A DNA stretch of 59,819 nt. Source: Geobacter sp. UBA4074. Its GTDB lineage: Bacteria > Desulfobacterota > Desulfuromonadia > Geobacterales > Pseudopelobacteraceae. The translations under genes and the position numbers were made by a program. The stretch lies in assembly GCA_002383415.1 (NCBI GenBank), contig DFYU01000117.1, positions 18,292 to 78,110 of the forward strand, given 5' to 3'. Numbering within the stretch: position 1 is the stretch's first letter; each line of letters opens with the position of its first letter. Below are positions 37,014 to 47,687 of the stretch, piece by piece. Under the pieces are notes generated by a model. The model was not told where the DNA came from. It saw only the letters and a program-made list of their open reading frames with translations, and ran no database searches.

Positions 37014-38501
37014 ATGTTTGAATCAGCCGAATTGGGGCATAAAATTGCCAAAGAGGTCTACAAACGTGAGGTACCACCCCTGCGCGAGGCCTTGCTTGAT
37101 GCTCAGCTGGACCTACTGCAGTCAAAAAAATTCCCGGTGATCATCCTGCTGGCCGGTGTTGATTGTGCCGGCAAGGGTGAAACCATGAACCTGCTGCATG
37201 AATGGATGGACCCGCGCCACATAGAATCCCACGCACTGCGGGAACTGACCGACGAGGAACGGGAGCGTCCACCGATGTGGCGCTACTGGCGCGACCTGCC
37301 GCCTCAGGGCAAGATCGGCATCTTCATCGGTTCATGGTATTCCGCCCCTCTGGTGGACAACGTCTACGGAACGACCAAAAATGCCGAGCTGGATCAACAA
37401 CTGGATCGTATCATCCGCTTTGAGACCATGCTCTGCAATGAAGGGGCGCTGATCCTCAAATTCTGGCTGCACCTTTCGGAAAAACAGCAGAAAAAGCGGC
37501 TTAAAAAACTGGAGTCAGACCCCAAGACCCGCTGGCGCATCAAGGAAAGCGACTGGAAAAACTTCAAGCTTTACGATCGCTTTCGGACCGTGTCGGAACG
37601 GATGCTGCGTACCACCAGCACCCCCGAGGCCCCCTGGACCATCGTGGAAGGGGCCGACGAGCGTTACCGCTCCCTGACCATCGGCAAGGTGCTGCTGGAG
37701 GCGATACGCAACCGGCTCGATGCCCCTGAGCCCCCCAAGCAAGAAGAACCGCTGCCGCCAATGCTAACCTCCATTGATGGCCTGCATATCTTGCAGACGC
37801 TCGATTTAACCCACAAACTCTCCAAGCAGAACTACAAGGCCGAGCTGGCAGCGTTGCAGGGACGGCTTAACCAGCTTTCACGCCACAAGAACTTCAACAA
37901 GCTCTCGGTGGTGGCATTATTTGAAGGCAATGACGCAGCCGGCAAGGGCGGCAGCATCCGCCGCATCACCCAGGCCCTGGATGCCCGTTCGTACCGGATC
38001 ATTCCGGTGGCAGCCCCCACCGAGGAGGAACGGGCCCAGCCCTACATGTGGCGGTTCTGGCGCCACCTGCCCCGTCGCGGACGGGTGGCGATCTTTGATC
38101 GTTCCTGGTATGGCCGGGTCCTGGTGGAGCGGGTGGAAGGCTACTGCTCCCACGGCGACTGGATGCGCGCCTATGGTGAGATCAACGACTTCGAAGAACA
38201 GTTGGTACGTAACCGCACGGTGGTGGTCAAATTCTGGCTGGCCATCTCAAAACAGGAACAGCTCAAACGGTTTAAGGAACGGGAAAAGATCGGCTTCAAA
38301 CGCTTTAAGATCACGGAAGAGGACTGGCGCAACCGCGACAAATGGGATCTGTACGAACAGGCAGTCTGCGACATGATCGACCGCACCAGCACCGAGATCG
38401 CTCCCTGGACGCTGGTGGAGGCCAATGACAAAAACTACGCGCGTATCAAGATACTGACAACCGTCTGCAACCGGATCGAACAGGCGCTGGAAAAACTGTA
38501 A
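37014..38501 (+). CDS. pap: Polyphosphate:AMP phosphotransferase (two-domain PPK2)
   Basis: MFESAELGH, GVDCAGKG and EGNDAAGKGG, FDRSWYGRVLVERV. Confidence 0.93.
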   Translation: MFESAELGHKIAKEVYKREVPPLREALLDAQLDLLQSKKFPVIILLAGVDCAGKGETMNLLHEWMDPRHIESHALRELTDEERERPPMWRYWRDLPPQGKIGIFIGSWYSAPLVDNVYGTTKNAELDQQLDRIIRFETMLCNEGALILKFWLHLSEKQQKKRLKKLESDPKTRWRIKESDWKNFKLYDRFRTVSERMLRTTSTPEAPWTIVEGADERYRSLTIGKVLLEAIRNRLDAPEPPKQEEPLPPMLTSIDGLHILQTLDLTHKLSKQNYKAELAALQGRLNQLSRHKNFNKLSVVALFEGNDAAGKGGSIRRITQALDARSYRIIPVAAPTEEERAQPYMWRFWRHLPRRGRVAIFDRSWYGRVLVERVEGYCSHGDWMRAYGEINDFEEQLVRNRTVVVKFWLAISKQEQLKRFKEREKIGFKRFKITEEDWRNRDKWDLYEQAVCDMIDRTSTEIAPWTLVEANDKNYARIKILTTVCNRIEQALEKL

Positions 38502-38537
38502 ATCAGTTTACAATTTTATACACCAAAGGTGACCACT

Positions 38538-39038
38538 ATGGGCATCAACCCTACCATCCTGGCCAGCCTCAACACGACCCAAGAGGCGCTGATCAAACAC
38601 CTGATCGACGACACCCGCTCCGTCTTTTCTACCATGCTGGGGCTGGAGCTGATGCATCTGCCGCTGGAAGTCGACCCGCTCAAGCACTTCACCGACTGTA
38701 TCTCAGCCATGGTTGGGCTGGCCGGCACCTATAACGGTCTGGTTTCGGTACACCAGCCGATCTCGCTGGGCACCAGGCTGGCCAGTGTCATGTTGGATAC
38801 GGACCTGGAAGAGGGGGATCAGGACATCATGGACGCCCTGGGCGAGGTGGCTAACATGGTGGCCGGCAACTTCAAGCAACATCTATCCAAAGGAGGCAGC
38901 GACATCCGCCTGTCAACGCCATCGGTGGTGACCGGCCACGAGTACCTGATCAGTTGCAAGGAGGCCGGTTCGCTGAACCTTTTGTTCGACCTGGATGAGG
39001 AATGGCTGATGGTCAGCGTACTGCTGGATGCGGACTAG
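38538..39038 (+). CDS. cheX: CheX family chemotaxis phosphatase
   Basis: VGLAG...G, DALGEVANMVAG, LSTPSVV.G. Confidence 0.88.
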   Translation: MGINPTILASLNTTQEALIKHLIDDTRSVFSTMLGLELMHLPLEVDPLKHFTDCISAMVGLAGTYNGLVSVHQPISLGTRLASVMLDTDLEEGDQDIMDALGEVANMVAGNFKQHLSKGGSDIRLSTPSVVTGHEYLISCKEAGSLNLLFDLDEEWLMVSVLLDAD

Positions 39039-39607
39039 GGCAGCAGACGTACTGCCTGGCGTTCTGCCCAGCGCAGCAGCATGAAAAACAGTTCCTTGCG
39101 GGGGCTGGAACGCAGCGCCACATAGGGCGAGCGGACGTAAAACGGCATGCAGCCGGCGCGGATGGCAGCCAAACAGCCGGTCAGCAGCCGGTCGTCGGCC
39201 ATCAGGATTGCAGACAGGGGAACTGAAGCCAGTTCCCCTGTTTTGTGCAGACCATCGCAATACGGTTTCTTGCGGACACCACTGATGAACCGCACCCCCG
39301 GCAGCTGGTCATGAAACCAATCGACACGTGGGCCATAGGGACGGTTGGAAAGCACAACGACCCGTTCTGCCCCGCAGACCGCCACTGCCTGTCGCAGCCA
39401 GGCCTCCACCTCCGGCAGCGGCCGGTCGGCACCGTGGGGCGCCAGCACACCGTCGAAGTCAAGTGCCAGGGCGGCAATGCCCTGCCTGCTGAACTCGGCG
39501 GGCGACAGGTCGAGCAGACGGGCGGTCGCAGGCGTCTGCCCCAGCAACAAACGCAATGCGCGGCGTTGCCGCCAGCCCTCCACCATGCCCAGCAGGATGT
39601 GATGCAC
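39035..39607 (-). CDS. HAD IIIA family phosphatase (YqeG-like)
   Basis: LDFDGVL, VLSN, RKKP, DDRLLT. Confidence 0.8.
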   Translation of the reverse strand: MHHILLGMVEGWRQRRALRLLLGQTPATARLLDLSPAEFSRQGIAALALDFDGVLAPHGADRPLPEVEAWLRQAVAVCGAERVVVLSNRPYGPRVDWFHDQLPGVRFISGVRKKPYCDGLHKTGELASVPLSAILMADDRLLTGCLAAIRAGCMPFYVRSPYVALRSSPRKELFFMLLRWAERQAVRLLP

Positions 39608-39609
39608 CG

Positions 39610-40521
39610 TTACTCCCGTACCTTCTGGGCCTTGCTGACCAGATAATAGACCACCCCCAGCACCAGCAGGGTCACCGTCAGAAAGGCCTGGGTCTTCAGA
39701 TCGTCATGGCGCAGGGTCGAGATCAGGATCTCACGCACCATGGCAACCACGATCACGCCAATAAACACCAGGATGTTGAAACTGCCCCCTTTGAGGTTCT
39801 TGATCTCATTGTCCAGCAGCTCAATCATCATCCAAAGGATCAGCATCTCACCCAAGGCCGAAAAAATGGCCTTTTCCGGGTTACCGCCGATAAAGAACAG
39901 CGTCAGGTCGTTTATGAACAAGCCCACCACACCGATCGAAAGCCCGGCCAGGGCCAACACCAGCACCAGATTAAGACCGTAGGTGAAGCGTTCGGCAAGC
40001 TTGATCAGACCCGACTCAAGACGCCGCGACACAAAGACCTTCTTCATCTCTTCATCGCGATAGGAGGAGGTCATCACCGAGAGATTCATATCCAGGATCT
40101 TGTCGGCTGCCTCGCGATAATTACGCCGCTGATCGCGGTCAGTGAAGCTGTCATGGATCAGGTGATGCAGAAAGTGGCGTACCCGGTGCATGGCGGCGTT
40201 GACGAAATTGACCGGCAGCCCCACCCGCACATGGGCATGACCGATCCGTTTCAAATTTTGCAGATAGAGCTCATCATAGCTGCCCTGGAACAGGGACAGG
40301 AACCACAGGCGGTGATAATGGCTCATCTTCTCGCGGGTGGACTGTTTGGCCAGGATGCTGGCCGTCTCCGGCTGAGAGACGATATAGTCGTAAAACTGGT
40401 CCACCATCTGCTGCTGGTGTTGTTCCGCCAGGGGCAACAGCTCCCGCAACCGCTGCTCATCGGCTTCGCTAAAAAAATAATGCCGTTTCAGCACATCCAT
40501 CGAATTTGCCATGCTCGCCAT
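39610..40521 (-). CDS. Globin-coupled sensor: protoglobin domain plus PsiE-like 4-TM domain
   Basis: FYDY, IGHAHVRVGL proximal His, ILD; C-terminal hydrophobic bundle with VAMVREILI. Confidence 0.85.
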   Translation of the reverse strand: MASMANSMDVLKRHYFFSEADEQRLRELLPLAEQHQQQMVDQFYDYIVSQPETASILAKQSTREKMSHYHRLWFLSLFQGSYDELYLQNLKRIGHAHVRVGLPVNFVNAAMHRVRHFLHHLIHDSFTDRDQRRNYREAADKILDMNLSVMTSSYRDEEMKKVFVSRRLESGLIKLAERFTYGLNLVLVLALAGLSIGVVGLFINDLTLFFIGGNPEKAIFSALGEMLILWMMIELLDNEIKNLKGGSFNILVFIGVIVVAMVREILISTLRHDDLKTQAFLTVTLLVLGVVYYLVSKAQKVRE

Positions 40522-40533
40522 ACCTCCTGATGC

Positions 40534-41631
40534 CTAGTACTGTATGCCGTAACGCCAGGCTGCGGCGCAACTTCCCTCGCCGGAGACCATGCAGGCCCCC
40601 ACCGGGGTCTCTGGTTGACAGGCAGTTCCAAACAGCGGACAGTCCTGCGGCTCTATCCGGCCGGTCAGCACTTTGCCGCAACAGCAACCATCCGGCTCAC
40701 GGGGCGCCGGCACCGCAACCGAAAGCTGACGAGCCGCGTCAAAACAGCTATACCGCTCTTGGAGCTGCAAACCACTGCCGGCAATCGTTCCCAGACCGCG
40801 CCACTCGGCATCGCACGGTTCGAAGACCTGGCTCAGCAGCAGCTGGGCCCGCTGGTTGCCCTGCCAGCTGACAGCGCGACGATACTGAATCTCAACCCGG
40901 GCTTGCCGCTCCAGGTGCTGCCGCACCAGCAGCAGGATGCCCTGCAACAGATCGGCCGCCTCAAAACCGGTCACCACGCAGGGAATGCCGTACTGCTCAG
41001 CCAGCGGCTGATAGACCCTAGCGCCGACCACCGTACTGACATGGGCCGGACAGAGATAGCCATCGATCGGCAGTTCAGGATCGGCAGAGAGCAGCGCCAT
41101 CGCCTGCGGCATGGTCTTGTGGCCACACAGCACAAAGAAATTCTGTAGCCCCTGTTGTTCTGCCTGCAGGATGGCAGCCGCCACCGTGGGAGCCGTGGTC
41201 TCGAAACCGACACCCAGAAAAATCACCCGCCGCTCAGGGTGTCGGGCGGCCAGCGCAACCGCGTCGAGCGCCGACCAGACCACCCGCACATCGGCACCAT
41301 GGGCCCGCTGTTCCATCAGTGACGAGGCAGAACCGGGCACCCGCAGCAGGTCACCGAAGGTGGCCACCAGATGGTCAGGATCTGCAGCCAGGGCCAAGGC
41401 GTGGTCCAGATAGCCCACCGGCGTCACACAGACCGGGCAGCCAGGGCCGGATACCAACCTGATCTGCGGCGGCAACAGGCTTTTGAGGCCAAAACGTGCG
41501 ATGGCCATGGTGTGGGTGCCGCAAACCTCCATCAAGCGGAGCGGCGCGGTCAGGCCACCAGCCTCACGATCAAGTGCCGCAGCCAACCCCTGCACCAGAT
41601 CAGGGTCGCAGTATTCCTGCTGAAACCGCAC
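40534..41631 (-). CDS. hypD: Hydrogenase maturation protein HypD
   Basis: MEVCGTHT, GPGCPVC, GFETT, PAHVS, CMVSGEGSC. Confidence 0.97.
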   Translation of the reverse strand: MRFQQEYCDPDLVQGLAAALDREAGGLTAPLRLMEVCGTHTMAIARFGLKSLLPPQIRLVSGPGCPVCVTPVGYLDHALALAADPDHLVATFGDLLRVPGSASSLMEQRAHGADVRVVWSALDAVALAARHPERRVIFLGVGFETTAPTVAAAILQAEQQGLQNFFVLCGHKTMPQAMALLSADPELPIDGYLCPAHVSTVVGARVYQPLAEQYGIPCVVTGFEAADLLQGILLLVRQHLERQARVEIQYRRAVSWQGNQRAQLLLSQVFEPCDAEWRGLGTIAGSGLQLQERYSCFDAARQLSVAVPAPREPDGCCCGKVLTGRIEPQDCPLFGTACQPETPVGACMVSGEGSCAAAWRYGIQY

Positions 41632-41861
41632 TAGGCAAGATCCACGCTATCAAAGGCCTCCCGCATCAGGCGCAGTGTCTCCTCGGCCTCATCCGCATCG
41701 ATCCGGGCAATCGCAAAGCCGGCATGCACCAGCACGTATTCTCCCACTGCCACCGGTTCGGACAGCATCAAAAGGCTGGCCTCACGACGCACACCATCAA
41801 TTTCAGCAATGGCGGAATCATCTCCCACACTGACCACCTGCATCGGCACACCAAGGCACAT
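41631..41861 (-). CDS. hypC: Hydrogenase maturation chaperone HypC
   Basis: MCLGVP start, VLVHAGFAI. Confidence 0.96.
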   Translation of the reverse strand: MCLGVPMQVVSVGDDSAIAEIDGVRREASLLMLSEPVAVGEYVLVHAGFAIARIDADEAEETLRLMREAFDSVDLA

Positions 41862-41916
41862 AGCCTGCCCCTTCCGACACGTCACCATCACACACAAATT
41901 GAGTTTACAAAACAAT

Positions 41917-44208
41917 TTACAGTATGCCCGACAGGTCCCTGCGATGCGCGGCCACCGCCACCTGCCCCAAGGCGATGCCACCGTCATTGGGAGGCGTCAG
42001 GCGATGCATAAAGACGGCAAAGCCTGCCTGGGCCAGGCGAGTATACACCATCTCAGACAAAAGGCGATTCTGAAACACGCCGCCCGACAGCACCACCCGC
42101 TCAAGGCCAGTGCTTGCCCGCAGCCGGATACAGCCTGCCAACACCGCTTCTGCCAGGGCACAGTGAAAGCCCAATGCCAGCTCAGCAGCGGCAACGCCCA
42201 TACGACAGCCATCGCTCAGGGCCAGCAGTAACCGGACGGCGTCCAGCTGAAACGGCTCATTCCCGTGATCACACAGATCGAGCCCGGGCAGGGGGGCAGC
42301 GTCAGCCGCCTGCTCGGCCAGCGCCTCAAGGGCCATTGCCGCCTGTCCGTCAAAACGGTTACGATCAGCGGCTCCCACCACTACGGCAGCGGCATCGAAC
42401 AGGCGGCCCATGCTGGAAGTAAGCGGCGCGCTAACCCCGCGGGACAGCATCGCCAGCAGTACCTGCCGCTCACTTGTAGCCAGCAGCGGCATCCCGGGCA
42501 ACCGCCAGACCTGATCACCAAGCCGCTCATACAGCCAGGCCACCGCCATCCGCCACGGTTCTCGGGCGGCAGCATCGCCGCCAGGCAACCGCACCGATTT
42601 GAGATGCCCGGCCCGTCGCACCGTTGCGTAGCCCCCCACCACAAACTCGCCCCCCCAGACCGAGCCGTCGTCACCCAGACCGGTGCCGTCGAAGATCACG
42701 CCAATCAGCTCTCCTCCAAGCCCGTTTTCAGCCATACAGGCAGCCAGATGGGCATGATGGTGCTGGACGGTCTGCAGCGGCAGGCCGCAGGACTGCGCAT
42801 ACCGGGTGGAGAGATAATCGGGATGCAGGTCGCAAACCACCATGGTCGGCTGTAGCGCCAGGATATCCCGCAGCTGGTCGATGGTCTGACGGAAGGTATC
42901 GAAGGTCTGCTCGTTTTTGAGGTCGCCGATATGCTGGCTGAGCAAGGCCTGATCACCCCGGCTGACACAGATGGTGTTCTTCAGCTCAGCCCCCACCGCC
43001 AGTAGCTGCCCGGCATCGAAGCAGAGCGGCACCGGCCGGGGCACATAGCCCCGTGAACGACGGTAAAAGAGCGGCATATCCCGAAAGGCCCGCAGCACCG
43101 AATCATCGGTGCGGGTCTGGATCGGCCGATCATGGGTCAACAGGGCATCGGCAATGCCGGCCAGCTCCTGAACCGCTGCTTCATCGCCAGAGATCATCGG
43201 CTGATCAGCAGCGTTGGCGCTGGTCATCACCAGCGCAGCCAGTTTCGTTTCGGCAAACAGCAACTGGTGCAGCGGCGTATAGGCCAGCACCAGGCCGATC
43301 CATTGGCTACCCGGTGCCACCAGCGGCGATACGGCAGTAGCGGGACGACGGCGCACAATCACGATCGGGGCCTCCGGTCCGCTCAGCAGCCGTTCCTCCA
43401 TCGGTGACAGTTGTGCCAGCATGCGGGCGGTGGCCAGATCGGGCACCATGACGGCAAACGGCTTTTCGTCGCGCTGCTTACGTTGCCGTAGCCGGGCAAC
43501 CGCCTCGCTGCTGGCCGCATCCACCGCCAGGTGAAAACCGCCCAGCCCTTTCACAGCCACGATCAATCCCTGCTGCAGCAGTCCCGCTGCGCGGGACACC
43601 GGCTGCGGATCATCGGGGATCAGGGACAGGCGGGGACCGCAGTTCGGACAGGCGATCGGCTGGGCGTGAAAGCGGCGATCAGCCGGATTGTCGTACTCAG
43701 CCTGACAGGCCGGGCAGAGCGGGAAGCCGGCCATGGTGGTCAGGGGACGGTCGTAGGGGGTAGCGGTCACGATGGTAAAACGGGGACCGCAGTTGGTGCA
43801 GCTGATGAAGGGATGACGAAAACGACGGTCAGCAGGGTCGAACAGTTCCCGTCGGCAGTCAGGACAGAGGGCCGTATCCGGCGCAATCTGCACCTCACGC
43901 CGGCCATCACTGCTGGGCAGGATGCTAAATCCGTTCTCTTCGGGCTGCTCAGCCAGGTAATGCTGCTCGAGCCCATTGATCGCCGCCAGTGGTGGCACTT
44001 CAGCCGGCAGACGCCGGCCAAACAGCTCCAACGCCGCTGGAGTCCCCTGCAGCTCCAGTTCTACCCCGGCCGGGGTATTACGTACCCAGCCGGAAAGATT
44101 CAGTTCTGTTGCCAACCGGTAGACAAAGGGCCGGAACCCCACCCCTTGAACAGTACCGCTGATCTGGTATGCCTGGCGGGCTATCGCCCCAGCTCCTTGG
44201 CCAGCCAC
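41917..44208 (-). CDS. hypF: Carbamoyltransferase HypF
   Basis: [11 protein letters not shown], two CxxC-x18-CxxC zinc fingers, [20 protein letters not shown]. Confidence 0.97.
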   Translation of the reverse strand: MAGQGAGAIARQAYQISGTVQGVGFRPFVYRLATELNLSGWVRNTPAGVELELQGTPAALELFGRRLPAEVPPLAAINGLEQHYLAEQPEENGFSILPSSDGRREVQIAPDTALCPDCRRELFDPADRRFRHPFISCTNCGPRFTIVTATPYDRPLTTMAGFPLCPACQAEYDNPADRRFHAQPIACPNCGPRLSLIPDDPQPVSRAAGLLQQGLIVAVKGLGGFHLAVDAASSEAVARLRQRKQRDEKPFAVMVPDLATARMLAQLSPMEERLLSGPEAPIVIVRRRPATAVSPLVAPGSQWIGLVLAYTPLHQLLFAETKLAALVMTSANAADQPMISGDEAAVQELAGIADALLTHDRPIQTRTDDSVLRAFRDMPLFYRRSRGYVPRPVPLCFDAGQLLAVGAELKNTICVSRGDQALLSQHIGDLKNEQTFDTFRQTIDQLRDILALQPTMVVCDLHPDYLSTRYAQSCGLPLQTVQHHHAHLAACMAENGLGGELIGVIFDGTGLGDDGSVWGGEFVVGGYATVRRAGHLKSVRLPGGDAAAREPWRMAVAWLYERLGDQVWRLPGMPLLATSERQVLLAMLSRGVSAPLTSSMGRLFDAAAVVVGAADRNRFDGQAAMALEALAEQAADAAPLPGLDLCDHGNEPFQLDAVRLLLALSDGCRMGVAAAELALGFHCALAEAVLAGCIRLRASTGLERVVLSGGVFQNRLLSEMVYTRLAQAGFAVFMHRLTPPNDGGIALGQVAVAAHRRDLSGIL

Positions 44209-44915
44209 TCGTACCAGGCTCCCAGCCCCTGACCGGTGCTGGCGGACACCTCAAGAATGGCCAGATGGTGGCTGACCCGTGCTGCGTATTCCTTGCACTG
44301 GGCCAGATCAAAAGAGAGGTGCGGCAGCAGGTCCACCTTATTCAGCAGCATCAGGCCGGAGTTGTGGAACATCTGCGGGTACTTGAGCGGCTTGTCCTCG
44401 CCTTCGGTCACCGAGAGCACCACCACCTTGTGGGCCTCCCCCAGATCGAAGGCGGCCGGGCAGACCAGGTTACCGACGTTTTCGATGAACAGGAGGTCAA
44501 GATTGTCCAGATCGAATGCTTCTGTGGCATGCATCACCATATGGGCATCCAGATGACAGCCGGCCCCGGTGTTGATCTGCCTGACCGGCACGCCGGTGGC
44601 GGCGATGCGACGGGCGTCGTTGTCGGTCTGCTGGTCGCCCTCGATCACGGCGCAACGGTAACGGCCGGACAGATCGCGCAGGGTTCGCTCCAGCAGGCTG
44701 GTCTTGCCGGAACCGGGAGAGGAAACCAGATTCAGTACCAGGATCTGCTTCTCCTTGAACAGCGAACGGTTGAAGGCTGCCAGCCGATTGTTCTTGGCCA
44801 GCACATCCTCTTCGATGCTGATCCGCGTAGTACGCTGCGACTGATCATGCTGGTGGTCATGGTCGTGCCCATGGTAATGGGCGGCTGCGGGGTTGCAGCC
44901 ACAGGTGGTGCACAT
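44181..44915 (-). CDS. hypB: Hydrogenase nickel incorporation GTPase HypB
   Basis: MCTTCGC, His-rich linker, [25 protein letters not shown]. Confidence 0.97.
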   Translation of the reverse strand: MCTTCGCNPAAAHYHGHDHDHQHDQSQRTTRISIEEDVLAKNNRLAAFNRSLFKEKQILVLNLVSSPGSGKTSLLERTLRDLSGRYRCAVIEGDQQTDNDARRIAATGVPVRQINTGAGCHLDAHMVMHATEAFDLDNLDLLFIENVGNLVCPAAFDLGEAHKVVVLSVTEGEDKPLKYPQMFHNSGLMLLNKVDLLPHLSFDLAQCKEYAARVSHHLAILEVSASTGQGLGAWYEWLAKELGR

Positions 44916-44978
44916 AGCAGGCTCCTTATGCATACTGCGTTTTATGCGTGATATGCGGCGCAACGGGCCAACAGATTG

Positions 44979-46769
44979 TCAACCAGCCCCGCAATCAAAC
45001 TGCAGGCAGTACAGGCGGGCATATTCGCCCCCCTGGGCCAGCAGCTGGTCATGGCTGCCCTGCTCCACGACCCTGCCCTGGCTGATGACCACGATTCGAT
45101 CCGCATCCCGCACGGTGGACAGACGATGGGCGATCACCAGGGCGGTGCGCCCCACCAGCAGACGGTGTACCCCTTCCTGGATCAACTCTTCGCTGGTGCT
45201 GTCCACACTGGCGGTGGCCTCATCCAGGATCAGCAATTCGGGATCAAAGGCCACGGCCCGCGCAAAGGAGATCAATTGCCGCTCTCCCAGCGAGAGGTCG
45301 CTGCCCCGTTCGGCCAGTTCCGTCTCATAGCCCTGGGGCAGCCGCTCAATGAAACGGTCGGCCCCCACGGTGGCGGCGGCAGTCCGCACCCGTTTTTCTG
45401 CCTCCGGGTCACCGAGGCCGATGTTAAAGCCGACCGTACCGGCGAAGATCACCGGTTCCTGCTGCACCACCGCCATCCGCTGCCGCAGCTCAGTCAGCGG
45501 GATCGTCCTGATGTCGATGCCGTCCAGCAAGATGCTGCCGCTGTCGATCTCGTACTGTCGCCCCAAAAGGCGCACCAGCGTAGTCTTGCCGCCACCGCTC
45601 CCCCCCACCAGGGCCACCCGCTCTCCCCGCTGCACGGACAGGTTGATAGCCGTGAGTGATGGTTCTCCTTGACGGTAGGCGAAGGAAACATCACGAAACG
45701 CCACCATGGCCGGCAGCGTCAAAGACCGATCGGCCTGCCGGGCCGGGACCTCTCCCACCGGACACTCTTCCGGCTCATCCAGCACCGCAAATATCCGCTC
45801 AAGGGCTGCCATGGCCCCCTGCATCACGCCATACTTGGCCGACAGATCTCGAATCGGACCGAAGAATTTCTCGATGTATTGGATAAAGGCCACCAGGGTA
45901 CCGAAGGTCAGCGCCCCCTGCACAATCTGCCCACCGCCATACCAGACGATCAGGGCGATGGCCAGAGCGGAAAACATCTCAACGATGGCGTACAACGACG
46001 CATCCCAGCTGATCACCGGCAGGTTGGCATCACGGTGGGCCGCATTCAACTCGGAAAAACGGCTCGCCTCGTCCTGTTCGCGACCATAGGACTGTACCAC
46101 CGCCATGCCGCCGATCACCTCGGCCAGGTGTCCGTTCATCCTGCCCAGACGTGCCCGCACCTCGCGAAAGGCCTGGCGCATATTGCGTCGGAACAACCAG
46201 GCCACGAAGATCAACGGCGGCAACACCGTGAAGGTCACCAGCGACAGCTGTGGCGCCATCCAGAGCATAGCCGCAATGATGCCGGCCAAAAGCAGCAGAT
46301 CACCAACGATGGTGATGATGCCGGCGGCAAACATCTCCCCCAACGCCTCCACGTCGCTGGTCAGGCGGGTCACCGTGGCCCCGGTGGCGGTGCGGTCGAA
46401 CCAGCGGGTCGGCAGCCGCAGCACATGGCTGAACAACGCCGTGCGCAGATCGTGCATCACCCGCTGTCCGATCGATTGCAGACCGTAGACCTCAAGCCAG
46501 ACCAACAGCGCCTCCAGCGCCAGCACGGCCACAAAGAGGGCCGCCGGGCCAGGCAGCAGATCGAGCCGCCCCGGAACGATCACCCGGTCAATGGCATGCT
46601 TCAGGATCAGCGGCTGTGCCAGACGACACAACGCCACCAGCGGCAGCAGCAGCAGTATTCCCGCCACGCTCAGCCGATAGGGCATGACATAACGCATGAA
46701 CCGGGCCAACAGACGGCTGTCGTAGGCCTTGCCGGCTATGGCATCTTCGTGCAGACCACCGTGGTGCAT
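44979..46769 (-). CDS. ABC exporter, fused permease/ATPase (MdlB-like)
   Basis: Six-TM domain plus GGSGGGKT, LSLGERQ, LILDEATASVD. Confidence 0.93.
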   Translation of the reverse strand: MHHGGLHEDAIAGKAYDSRLLARFMRYVMPYRLSVAGILLLLPLVALCRLAQPLILKHAIDRVIVPGRLDLLPGPAALFVAVLALEALLVWLEVYGLQSIGQRVMHDLRTALFSHVLRLPTRWFDRTATGATVTRLTSDVEALGEMFAAGIITIVGDLLLLAGIIAAMLWMAPQLSLVTFTVLPPLIFVAWLFRRNMRQAFREVRARLGRMNGHLAEVIGGMAVVQSYGREQDEASRFSELNAAHRDANLPVISWDASLYAIVEMFSALAIALIVWYGGGQIVQGALTFGTLVAFIQYIEKFFGPIRDLSAKYGVMQGAMAALERIFAVLDEPEECPVGEVPARQADRSLTLPAMVAFRDVSFAYRQGEPSLTAINLSVQRGERVALVGGSGGGKTTLVRLLGRQYEIDSGSILLDGIDIRTIPLTELRQRMAVVQQEPVIFAGTVGFNIGLGDPEAEKRVRTAAATVGADRFIERLPQGYETELAERGSDLSLGERQLISFARAVAFDPELLILDEATASVDSTSEELIQEGVHRLLVGRTALVIAHRLSTVRDADRIVVISQGRVVEQGSHDQLLAQGGEYARLYCLQFDCGAG

Positions 46770-46883
46770 TGCAACACACTCCTCGCAGTGGAGCTTGTCA
46801 AAGCACCAGCCGCTTGTCAACCAGAAGCACACAGCAATGAATCTGCTTTGCGATCAGTGACCTTTTTCAGGTATAGTGCCGGC

Positions 46884-47687
46884 ATGCAGATCCGGCTCAA
46901 CGAACAGGTAATCACCATCGACGACGGGCTGACCATCGGCCAGCTGGCGCAGCAACACAGGCCAGGGGCCGATGTACTGATCCTGAACGGCTTCCCCGCC
47001 TCAGCGGAGACCATGCTGTCGGCGGACGACGAGCTGTTTCTGATCAAGCGGGGCGAGATGCCGCCAGCGGATGAATTGGAGTATCTGATGGCGGCCCGCC
47101 ATACCCCTGGCATCCATGCCCGCCTGAAGTCGGCCTGCGTCGGCATTGCCGGGGTGGGCGGCCTGGGTTCCGCCGTGGCCGTAGCCCTGGCGCGGATCGG
47201 CGTCGGGCACCTGATCCTGGCCGATTTCGACCTGGTGGAACCCTCCAACCTGAACCGGCAGCAGTACTTTGTGGACCAGCTGGGAATGCCCAAGGTGGAG
47301 GCACTAGTCGAGACGCTACGTCGCATCAATCCCTACCTGCAGCTGACCAGCCACTGCGTCGTACTCGATCCGGGCAACCTGCCCCTTATTTTCTCCCCCT
47401 GCAGTGTGCTGATCGAGGCCTTTGACCGGGCCGAGATGAAGGCCATGCTGGTGGACACGGTCATGGAAAAACTGCCGGCAGTCACTGTCATCGCCGCCTC
47501 GGGGGTGGCCGGCTACGGCAGCAACAACAGCATCCAGACCCGCCGACTGAACCGGCGCCTCTACCTGGTGGGAGACGGCAGCTCCGAGGCAGCGCCGGGC
47601 AACGGGCTGATGGCGCCGCGGGTCGGCATCGCCGCCTGCCAGCAGGCCAACCAGGCGGTGCGCCTGATCCTGGGGGAAGAACTATGA
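46884..47687 (+). CDS. thiF: ThiF-family adenylyltransferase with N-terminal ThiS-like ubiquitin-fold domain
   Basis: MQIRLNE...ILNGF N-domain; GVGGLGS, DFDLVEPSNLNRQ, EAFD, APRV. Confidence 0.85.
   Translation: MQIRLNEQVITIDDGLTIGQLAQQHRPGADVLILNGFPASAETMLSADDELFLIKRGEMPPADELEYLMAARHTPGIHARLKSACVGIAGVGGLGSAVAVALARIGVGHLILADFDLVEPSNLNRQQYFVDQLGMPKVEALVETLRRINPYLQLTSHCVVLDPGNLPLIFSPCSVLIEAFDRAEMKAMLVDTVMEKLPAVTVIAASGVAGYGSNNSIQTRRLNRRLYLVGDGSSEAAPGNGLMAPRVGIAACQQANQAVRLILGEEL

Noticed and set aside
45669..46883. N-terminal 405 aa of the 672-aa ORF
   Set aside because: Antisense shadow of the ABC exporter; the real gene starts at ATG 46884.
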